Shown here: positions 1 through 16,560 of the stretch, piece by piece
Position numbering within the stretch: the first letter of the stretch is position 1
How the letters are laid out: each line of letters starts with the position of its first letter
NCBI RefSeq assembly: GCF_009914755.1
Contig: NC_060946.1
Length of the DNA: 64,000 bases
Origin: the human T2T-CHM13v2.0 reference genome, Homo sapiens
Reading direction: 5' to 3' (one strand)
Notes under the pieces: model-generated
The model's database searches: none
What the model was told of the DNA's origin: nothing
The model's input: the letters and a program-made list of their open reading frames with translations, nothing else
Made by a program: the position numbers and the translations under genes

Positions 1-167
1 TATTGTCCTCCTGGTCCTCCCCATTAGGGAGGAACAGCCCACTGGGTCACGTCTGGGCTCTTGCTTCATCGAAGCTCCTATATCCCAGTTCGGGGGAAAA
101 TTCACTCTAAGGCCTTCAGCTCTCACAGAGTAAGGAAACGCACTCACCTCCAATTAGATTACAAATT

Positions 168-2077
<1,910 letters not shown>

Positions 2078-2804
2078 TCAGGGAGAATGTTTCTTTCTTC
2101 TGATCTTGCTCAGAGCTCTTTTGCCAACAGCTAGGATGGCCTGGAGTTTTCAAGGCTAAGCGCTGGGATTCTGTTGGTTAACAGTGATGGGAGGGAAAAA
2201 GGAAAAGAAATCCAAAATTTACAATATGGACAGGAAAAGGCAGAAAGAATGGAACACGGGGGCACACAGCAGTCTGGCTCTGTCGTCCCACCTCGTGGGC
2301 TGCGATCATGATACAAGTGCTTGGCCCCTGGAACATAAGAAGCACTCAATAAATGCTTTGTCATAATGATTATGTGTGCCCAGTGCCTGGTACACAGTAG
2401 GTGCTCAATAAATCTTAATTCCCGCAAAGACCAGTCTAACCTTTGTCTGGGGGTGGCTCTTGGGCTGCTGGTGGGGTGGTGGTTAGTCATAGGAAGTACT
2501 GGATGAGACAGGAGAGGGCCATGGCCAGGGCCAGATCCCCCTCCCCACCCAACCGCCTCTACTCCCCACTTTTCTCGTCATGTTCACAAGAGCCTCATGA
2601 GGCAGAATAGAGCAGTGTTAACCATCCCCATTTTTCAGAAGGGGAAACTAAGGCCCTGAGAGTCATCCTCACTTAGGGCCCTTCAACGAGCTTGCAGTGG
2701 GTCCCTGGCTGTCCCACATCTCCTCCTGTTGGAGGTGGGAGCAGAGGGGCTGGGGTGCTGGGAGTGGGACAGTCCCTCAGAGGAGTGGCTGCATTTGCTC
2801 ATAG

Positions 2805-2919
2805 GAAGTCCGAGGCAGCGGGGGCCTTCCAGGCCCAGGACGAGGGACGGTCACAGCAGCCCAGCCAAGGCCAGAGCCAACTTCTCCGAAGACAGTCCAG
2901 CCCTGCCCCCAGCAGGCAG
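2805..2919 (+). CDS. TRIOBP: TRIOBP long-isoform internal exon (exon 8), 115 nt
   Basis: ctcatag|GAAGTCC...AGGCAG|gtgagc; reads (R)[38 protein letters not shown]; ends in phase 0, matching the next exon. Confidence 0.93.
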
Positions 2920-3115
2920 GTGAGCACTGCCAGCTGTCTGGGGCCCCGCACCCCAAGGGGCGGCCACTGCCTCTTCCCTCCCGCTAGAAGCCAGGCAGGG
3001 GGCTTGGACAGGAAGGTCCTCTATGAAAGGGTCGGAGTCCAATCATGGGGATCCAGCTCTCCCCTCTCCCCAACGGCCAGCAGCTCTTGGCAAAATGCAC
3101 AAGACCCCACATTAA

Positions 3116-3540
<425 letters not shown>

Positions 3541-3902
3541 TCAGGGTAATTTGTATCTTTAACCAAACCCAGAGGGCTAGGCCCGCCTCAGTGGAATGGG
3601 GTATTGGTGGTGGAGGTTCTGGCACCTGATAGCCCAAGTTGGAATCAGTATCTTTGAGAGGGGTGAGAAGCCAAGAACGGGGGCAGGTCTTTGCAGATCT
3701 TTTTCTGGAACTGAGGAAAGCGGGTGAAAGGGAGGAGCTGACCCCGGAGGGGTGGGGCAGAGACCCTGTGTACTTTTTGGCCTGCTTTGATTCAGGCTGC
3801 TGTGTGGACACAGCCTTGACTCTCTGGGGGCCTAAGAAAGGCAGAGCTGGCAGCCAGGTCCCCAGAGAGAGAGCCTCACCTACCCCCTCACCTCATCCCC
3901 AG

Positions 3903-4946
3903 GTGACCATGCTCCCTGCCAAACAGGCAGAACTGACCCGGCGGAGCCAAGCAGATCCCCCTCATCCTCGGAGTCCTGAGAAGAGACCTGAGGGAGATCG
4001 GCAGCTCCAGGGGTCCCCGCTGCCCCCCAGGACATCAGCCAGGACCCCTGAGAGGGAGCTGCGGACACAGAGACCTCTGGAGAGTGGCCAAGCAGGCCCA
4101 AGACAGCCTCTGGGGGTGTGGCAGAGTCAGGAGGAACCGCCAGGGTCCCAGGGCCCTCATAGACACCTAGAAAGGAGCTGGAGCAGCCAGGAGGGAGGCC
4201 TGGGCCCTGGGGGCTGGTGGGGATGTGGAGAGCCCAGCCTGGGGGCAGCCAAAGCCCCGGAGGGAGCATGGGGGGGCACTTCCAGGGAGTACAAGGAGAG
4301 CTGGGGGCAGCCAGAGGCCTGGGAGGAGAAGCCCACTCATGAGCTCCCCAGAGAACTAGGAAAGAGAAGCCCACTCACGAGCCCCCCTGAGAACTGGGGA
4401 GGCCCCGCAGAGTCCTCACAATCCTGGCACTCTGGGACACCCACTGCTGTGGGCTGGGGGGCAGAGGGAGCGTGTCCATACCCGCGTGGCTCTGAGAGGC
4501 GACCCGAGCTTGACTGGAGGGATCTGCTTGGCCTTCTCCGGGCACCAGGAGAGGGGGTCTGGGCCCGTGTCCCCAGCCTGGACTGGGAGGGCCTCTTGGA
4601 GCTCCTGCAGGCCAGGCTGCCCCGCAAGGACCCAGCTGGACACAGGGATGACCTGGCCAGGGCTTTAGGGCCAGAGCTGGGTCCCCCAGGCACAAACGAT
4701 GTCCCTGAGCAGGAGTCACACAGCCAGCCAGAAGGCTGGGCCGAGGCCACCCCAGTCAATGGACACAGCCCCGCACTGCAGTCCCAGAGCCCGGTCCAGC
4801 TGCCCAGCCCTGCCTGCACCTCCACCCAGTGGCCAAAGATCAAAGTGACAAGAGGACCAGCGACCGCAACTCTGGCAGGCCTGGAGCAGACGGGCCCCCT
4901 GGGGAGCAGGAGCACTGCGAAGGGCCCCAGCTTGCCAGAGCTGCAG
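3903..4946 (+). CDS. TRIOBP: TRIOBP long-isoform exon 9, 1044 nt, Pro/Gly/Ser/Trp-rich disordered region
   Basis: ctcatccccag|GTGACCATG...CTGCAG|gtaagg; 348 open codons VTMLPAKQ...SLPELQ within ORF 3639-4976. Confidence 0.95.
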
Positions 4947-6083
4947 GTAAGGAGGTTTCCACCCTCCCAAGGGTAGCCAGAAAGTCAGCCCCACTCAGCC
5001 AAGTCTCCTTGGAAAAGCCTCCCCTTGGAGTAGCCTAAGCTCCTGCATCCCCCTCCAGGCTCAGACCTCAGCCTCCCTGCTGACCACAACCCATCCCGAT
5101 CACCAAACTGGCCCAACAATGATGATGAGCAACACAGTTTTAAGCGTTTATGGGCCAAGCCCTGATCTGAATGTTTGACGTGTGCTTTTCCCATTTAGTC
5201 TCCTTAGCAACCAGGTGAGAAATACACTATTTACAGATAAGGAAACTGATGCGCAGGGTGAAGCCACTTGCTGGTGGGGCATGGGCAAAACCCAGGTCTG
5301 CTCAGTGCAGACCACACTGAGGCCTCAAGCAAGATGCTCTGGCCAGGGCCTATTCCCCTCCTGGCTCCACCATACCTGGTTTATGTTGTGTCTGGTGGCA
5401 CACACCTGACCCCACCTGGGACTGTAGCCAGTGTGGGCATGCCCCTTCCCCTGGTGGTACTCAGGTACCTGAGTCCAGGACAGCCTCGCTTACCCTCTCT
5501 GGCCCCTACAGCTCCTCTCAGACACAGAGAAGAGGGTGCATCAATGCTCACTGGGTTCAGCTAGCTGCCAAGACAGGCTGCTTAAATGAGGGTCGTGTGC
5601 AAAGTGGGCCCAGCGCCGGGCACACAGTAGGTGCTCGCCCTTCCCCTGCTTCACTGGTGCTTTGGTGCTGCCTTGAAGCCCAGAACATTCTTCATCTGAA
5701 GATGGTGGGCAGGGAGGGTCTTGGAGGCCAGAATCCTGCACCCTGGCAATAGCTCATTGGGAGGACGGCATGTGGTTTTGAACACCAGCCTCTCTCTCTC
5801 TCTGTAAGATGGACCAACCACTTCTCTGACGGGCAGCGCTGGGGTGCCGTGGGGGTTCCTGCTTGTTTCTCCAAAGCCTCCTCATCTCCTAGATGCAAAG
5901 TCCAACGCCACCTGCCCCAGGATGAGCAGGGCTTCCAGGCATCAGGGTGCACCCCGTGCTGGGCCCAGGGCCTTGCCATATGTGCCTCAAGTGGATAGGA
6001 GGCAGCTGCCACTTGACAGATGGGGAAACTGAGGCTCAGACTCCTTAGGCATTTGCTGGGGGTCACACATGCATAGGTCGTGA

Positions 6084-7238
<1,155 letters not shown>

Positions 7239-7559
7239 TCATTGGTGCTGAGCTGGCTGCAGGGCCTGTGAGCACATATCCCTGCCTTTGCACATGCTCT
7301 TCCCTGTTCAGCCACCAAACGCCTGTTCATTGTCGAAGTCTTAGGTCAGGCTCCCTGTCCTGAGAAGCCTTCCCTGAACAGTCACTCCTAGTAATGGTCC
7401 CCTTCTGGGCTTGGCAGTTTTGCTTCCATTTGTCCATGCAACATCCATCTAATAGGGTTGTCATTTCCCCATAAGCTCCACACAGGCAGGATCTCTACCT
7501 GCTTTATCTCTGTAACTCTAGCTCTGGCCCAGGGCCTGACATAAAGGAGGGGACAGCTC

Positions 7560-8107
7560 AGTGGATGCATGCAAGATGGAGGACACAGGGGTCAGTGGGT
7601 GAACAATGAATGAATGGAGGGTGAATGTGTGAACGGATGATGGATCAATGATGCATGTTGAATAAATAATAGACATCTTTTGGATGGATGACAGATGGGT
7701 GATGATGGATGGATAGCTGGGTGATGAATATATGGTGGTGGTGGATATATGATGGATGTTGCTTAGGTGATGGATGGATGAACTTTGGGTGGAATATGAA
7801 TGGATAGATGTGGCATGGGTGGATGAATGTCAGATGATAGATGGTGGACAGATGTTGGAGATATGGGTAGATGGATGATGGATGGAGAGAGGGATATGTA
7901 GGTATTGGGTAAATGGATATGTGATGGATCAATGGAGGGTAGATACATGAATGGGTGATAGACAATGGATGATGGGTACATGAGAGGGTGAGTCATGTGA
8001 TAGACACTGGATGGTTGGATGGATACATGGATCTACTGATGCTGGACGTTAGATGGGTGTTGCATGGACAGATGATAGAATGGATGGATGAGGTGGACAG
8101 ATGCATG
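7560..8107. repeat. Degenerate (TGGA/GGAT)n simple repeat
   Basis: About 550 bp of tggatggatg-type units. Confidence 0.9.
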
Positions 8108-8157
8108 CATCCTGGAGAATAAGTTGGGCTAAGCTGTGTTCTTTTTTTAATCTCCAG

Positions 8158-8235
8158 TTCCAACCAGAGGAGCCTGAGGAGTCAGAACCAAGCAGAGGCC
8201 AAGACCCCCTGACTGACCAGAAGCAGGCAGACTCG
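8158..8235 (+). CDS. TRIOBP: TRIOBP long-isoform exon 10, 78 nt
   Basis: ttttttaatctccag|TTCCAACCA...GACTCG|gtagct; FQPEEPEESEPSRGQDPLTDQKQADS; phase 0-0. Confidence 0.9.
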
Positions 8236-9892
8236 GTAGCTGGGTCATGGGTGTGGGTACATACGGTGGGGAAGGGAGGGGGAAGCAGGTTGGAGATGGG
8301 CTTCATTCCTCAGAAGAGCCCTAGAATCAACCAGACCAAAGTTGGCATTGCCATGGGGTCATCTATGTGCATGGTGGGGCCTTAAGAAGAGGGGCTCTGC
8401 AGGAGCCACCTTCTGGCTTGGGGACCTGGGTAGGTGGGCGATCCTGGGGTCAGAACCCTAGGCCATGCTTCTCATTTGCTGGGACTGAAAAGGTCAATGT
8501 CTTTCCCTGCGCAAATGATGGTTTGGCCCCAGTGGTCTCTGTGGGAAGAGATCCTTCCGGTTTGAAAGGGCCAGGCCAGGCTGAAAGAGCAGGGCTTCCA
8601 CGAGCAGGAGCCAGAGAGCTGAGGATGTACCCAGTCAGCCAGGCCTGGAGGGTCTCCAGGGTCCTGGAGGCGGGAGAGATATGTGCGGGGGTGGGACCCA
8701 CGGATGCTGCTCTGAGGCCTGGCTGCAGCTGGTGAGCACAACTCTGCCCGCCCCTCCCCGTGACCTACCAAACAGACTGTTCTCGTCACCCTCAGCCTCC
8801 AGAGAGGTGAGATCAGAGTTGAGGGCCGTGGGGCAGTGGGAGGTGGGGGAGGAGGAGACAGACTGTTTGGGGCTGTGTTTTCCGGTCCTGCTCTTCCTCC
8901 CGTTGCCTCCTGAAGCCAGGGGTGGCAGGGAGCGTCCATTGGGCAGCATAGCGCCCCCAAGTAGGGCCCTGCCGTGAGTCAAAGCTGGGGGAATTCTGCC
9001 CAAACCCTCACTGTGCAGATGAGGAAATGGAGGCAGGGGAGTCGTCCCAGGTTATACAGTCAGTGGCTAGCTGGACTGGGACTAGAACCCAGGGCCCAGG
9101 AACCACCCAGCGCTCTCTCTGCACCTCCACCTGGCACCCATGCTGCCCCCGTCCCTGCCCCGATTTCTTGCGTGGCTTCGAACGGCAGTGCTGTAACTTC
9201 GAGCAGTCCAGTCTTCCCATCTGTGGAATGGGCGGGGACAGGGGACACTGGTCGCTAAAGGCGCTGCCAGCCCTCCCAGGGACTCTGACAACTTTGCTCT
9301 TCCTCTTTCTGGGTTATTTCTTCATATCCTGGAGCCAGAGTAGTGAACGAGGCGGAAACAGCAATGCCGGGGTGCCCCTCTAGTCTCCATGAAACGGGCC
9401 CGGCCCATCAACGTGGAAAATATCTCAACCTACCCCCACCCCTAGGCAGCCTTGACTGGTCAGAACTGATAACCACCTCATTCATGCATTCTTTCACACA
9501 CACTTAGTGAGCACCTTCTGTATACCCAGGTGTGGGTCACAGGTGAGTCGGAGCGCCATCAAAGAGTTCAGTCTAGTGAGATGGTTGCATGCCTGTGGTC
9601 AGGACTGTGATGGGGAATGTGGTAGCAGGGTCGGGGGCACCCCTACCCCCAAAGCCCTCCTGGACCTGTGCTTTGATGCTTCAAGTTCCACTTCCAAAGA
9701 GTCTGCAGATTCCAGAGCGAGGACCCTGGGCTCTCTCCTACCTTCCCAGTAACCCATGTGTGGCTTTGGACAAGTGCCTCTGCTTCACAGGGGCCTTGGT
9801 TTCCCCAACGAGGATGACTCCAAAGAGGGAGCATTTGGGGGCTCTGCTAGGAATGTGTGTAGAAGTCCACAACTCATTCCCTTTGCTTAAGC

Positions 9893-10172
9893 TGGGGTCA
9901 CAAACCTAACGCCCTGAAGGCCAGGCAGGTAACAATGGTGAGAAGGTGGGGGGGCACCGAGGGCACTTGTGTGACTCCTCGGTTCCAGATAGCTGTTGCC
10001 ATGGGGAAGACGGGCCCAGAGTTTCCACATCTTTCGATATTTCAAGAAACACTGGAGATATGTATTTATATGTGAAATCTCTAACCTAATGTGAAATACT
10101 CTGAAAACACTATGTGGGCAGAAACATACCTGTGGTCTGCACCCCCTCCAGCTGGCGCCCGTGGTTTGACTT
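9893..10172 (+). mobile_element. MER102-like (hAT-Charlie) relic
   Basis: ggggtcacaaac...ggccaggcaggtaac start, tatatgtgaaatctc core, gtggtttgact end. Confidence 0.55.
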
Positions 10173-10409
10173 TAGGGTGATGATGTGCACACCTTCAAAG
10201 GTGCTGAGCCCTGGGAGCCTTGTCAGTCCAACACGATGTAGTGTGAACAAGTTAACCAGCTCGTCTCGGCAGTTCTGGGAGGAGAGAAAGATGGGAACCC
10301 TGGGGCTCCATGGTGGGGGGCACCACAGAATGGGCAGGGGAGGCTGTAGCCAGGGGTGCCCCCATCCTGCCAAAGGGACCTGGGGCCAACACTGGACCCT
10401 GTTTGACAG

Positions 10410-10547
10410 GCAGACAAGAGGCCAGCAGAGGGCAAGGCTGGGAGCCCGCTCAAGGGCCGACTGGTGACCTCATGGCGGATGCCCGGGGACCGGCCCACGC
10501 TGTTCAATCCGTTCCTGCTGTCTCTGGGGGTCCTCAGGTGGCGAAGG
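10410..10547 (+). CDS. TRIOBP: TRIOBP long-isoform exon 11, 138 nt
   Basis: gtttgacag|GCAGACAAG...CGAAGG|gtaggc; [46 protein letters not shown]; phase 0-0; not in the supplied ORF track. Confidence 0.85.
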
Positions 10548-11362
10548 GTAGGCTGGCTCCAGTGGGGACTGGAGGGGTGAGGGTGGATAGAGACGGGGAT
10601 GGGAGGGAGGAGGGGGCTGTTAAGCAAAGGAGAGAGAGTGGGGGCTGAGGAGGAGGCACCTAGGGCCGTCGCATGACAGGAGAGGTGGGAGCAGAGCTCT
10701 TAAGCTCATCCTGGTCTCAGCAAGCGAGTGGGTTTCCCACTTCCGGGGCAGGCTTGGGGGCTGCTTTCAGCTTTTGGAGTGAGGGGTGATGGAATAATCT
10801 ACACAGCTGAAAGCTTCCAATCAGCAGCCTCTCGCCAGCCCTGGGCCAACGGGGAGCCAGGTATGGGGGAAGGGAAGGCGAGCTTATAAGTGGCTCTGGG
10901 ATTGCAAAGTGTGTCTCAGACCTGGGCCTGAGCCAGTTTCACAAACATCTGGCGTTACGTAACCCATCCCCTGCCCAGAGAGGCCTGGAAACACTCAAGC
11001 CTCTGGCTGGGTTTTCCACAAGGGCAGGCAGCTGAGACCCGCTCCCTCCCACCCGCTTCACAGCAGGACAGAAGGGGCCTGGCCATCTCCAGCAGCCACA
11101 GGCTGGCTCATGGGGTCTCTTCTCTCTTTGAGAGGCTGACTCTCTTACTCACCGCTGTTGGCTCTGAGTCCAGCACTAGGCTGGGCACCTCAGAGACAGT
11201 GTGCCCATTTTACAGATGAAGGGACTGAGGCCCAGGGAGGTGAGCTGACTTGCCTGAGGTCGCACAGCTTGGGGTATAAAGGAGCTGATTTTCCTCATTC
11301 TCAGATGAGAGAAGGGTTGTAGCCAAACTTACTGAGCCTCGGTTGCCACATCTGTCTATTAG

Positions 11363-14680
<3,318 letters not shown>

Positions 14681-15279
14681 CAAGGGCAATAATTTTTGAA
14701 CCCCAAATCAAGATGACAGAATAATTGAAATGCCAATTATTCCAAGCTTCCCTGCCTCCTTGCCTAAGGATAGCTAATGAGGGATAAAGAGGTTGTCCTA
14801 GGTGCCTTACTTGAATTAACACTTAATCCTTCCAGCAACCTCATGAGGTAACAGCATTACCCCATTTTACAGAGAGTGAAATTGAGCACCGAGAGGTACC
14901 TTGCTTAAGGTAACACTAGGCTGGAATCCCCGTGCCACACGAACTTCCTAGTGCATTTAGCAACCAATTCCACCACGGTCCCTACTCACCTGCAGGAAAA
15001 GAGCATCTAACAAACGGCCCAGCGTTCTGGGAACCTGAGCAACGGGTGCACGCCCACACCTGAAAAACCCCAAACCAAAAAAGACCCATTTGTGAGGAGT
15101 GGGCATTTGGGAGAGACCCTGCCATCCAAGAACTCACTTTGTGTCCAGCTTACTCGCTAGGAATTCCGCCTCTTCCTGTGTGACCTCGGGCAAATCGGCT
15201 CACCCCTCTGAGCCTCCGTTTTCTCATTAGCAAAATAAGACCTCCCTCCCAAGTCTGTGGTGAGGACGAAAATCGACTC

Positions 15280-16560
15280 TTGGCGAGTGGGACCCGCTGA
15301 GTCGTTAGTACTGGGTGCTTTGCCCCGGTCCCCGCCAAATCACGGCGCCGAGCCCTAGCGGACCCATCGCTCCGGGGCCGGGTCGGGAAGCGCAGCCTGG
15401 GCGAGTCGTGCCCACGCCCGGCCGCCCGCATCCTCCGCCCCCGCGCCATTGCCGGAGTCACCTGCACCCTGGGCCCTTCCTTCCTCCCAGCGCGCCCGCG
15501 GCCCGGGCCCGCCCGCCCTCCGGCCGCCACCGCCCTCCCTTCCCTGCGGCCCCATCCGCCCACCCCGCCGTCCCGCCGTCCCGCCGTCCCGCCGTCCCGC
15601 CGCCCCGCCGCCCTAGCGCGCCCGTCCCGTTGCGGCAGGTCCCGCCCCCGGCCCGTCTCGCGCTTCCATTGGCCCGCCGCGGCCCCCGCCGCTGTTTGTC
15701 TCGGCTTCCCCGCCACCCATTGGCCCGCTCGGGTCCTCCCAGGAAGTTTGAAAAAAAAAAAAAAAAAGTTTTATGGGCGGATGGAAGGGGCCGGGGCAGC
15801 GTCGGGGAAAGGAAGGGCCGGAGGCGCGGCGGCGGGCGGCCGAGAGGGGCGGCGGCGGCGGCGGCGGCGGGGTTCCCGCGCCGCGGAGCCCGGCCCGAGA
15901 GCCGCGTCCACGTTCCTGCCTCCTGCTCCCGCCGCCCTGGGGCGCCGCCATGACGGTGAGTGCCCCAGTCAGCCGCCCGCGCCCGAGGCCGGGAGGAGGG
16001 CGACGACCCGAGGCAGAGCCCAGCCTCTCCCCTCCGGGGCAGCCCCCTCCTCATTTCCCGAAGGCGAGAGGAGGGCTGGGCCGGAAGACGGGGCCACCTC
16101 CGAAGCGCTTTCGGCCAGACCGGCCTCACCCTTCCCGCAGGCTCCTCCTCGCCTTCCCTCGCCCACTCGCCCCCGGGAGCCCAGGCGACCCTGAGGGGAC
16201 GGAACGACCCGTCTCGGGCGCCCCCTCCTCACACTTGCGGCACCAGTCACGGGTGGATTCGGGGCGACCCTTTCCCACCTCCCCTCCAGCCCCCTAGACG
16301 AAGACCCGATTCCCCAAGGCGGCCAGGGGCCCCAGGGAGGAGCGGAGGTGGGCCTGGGCTGGGGAGGGGCGCTCGTGGGTGCGGATGGGTCGCGCTGACC
16401 CGGGCCTGGGCAAGCCAGCCCTCCGTGTGGCCGCTGGCCCGAGGTCGGGTGGGCGAGAAGTGGCCGGACCGCCCCACCCACAGCCCGGGAGGCAGTCCCG
16501 GGACGTCTGAAGCAGCGGGATACCACGTCTTCCTGGGCTTGCACTTTGCAGCGGTCCTGG
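15280..16560 (+). promoter_or_regulatory. TRIOBP: CpG-island promoter of the short TRIOBP-1/TARA isoforms
   Basis: Very high GC and CpG density; multiple CCGCCC GC boxes; two identical CCATTGGCCCGC (reverse CCAAT) at 15666 and 15717; ETS-like CAGGAAGT near 15740; TATA-less. Confidence 0.9.
15773..15955 (+). CDS. TRIOBP: TRIOBP-1 alternative first coding exon (61 codons; second in-frame ATG at 15950)
   Basis: MGGWKGPGQRRGKEG...PPPWGAAMT then ACG|gtgagt consensus donor; gccgccATG Kozak at 15950; phase 0 into 21308. Confidence 0.92.

Noticed and set aside
3639-3902. 5' extension of the 445-aa ORF
   Set aside because: Starts at a TTG in intron sequence; the canonical acceptor at 3902 in the correct phase explains the real exon
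8949-8965. CTCF-like motif (reverse CCTACTTGGGGGCGCTA)
   Set aside because: Two mismatches at informative core positions; not supportable without ChIP data
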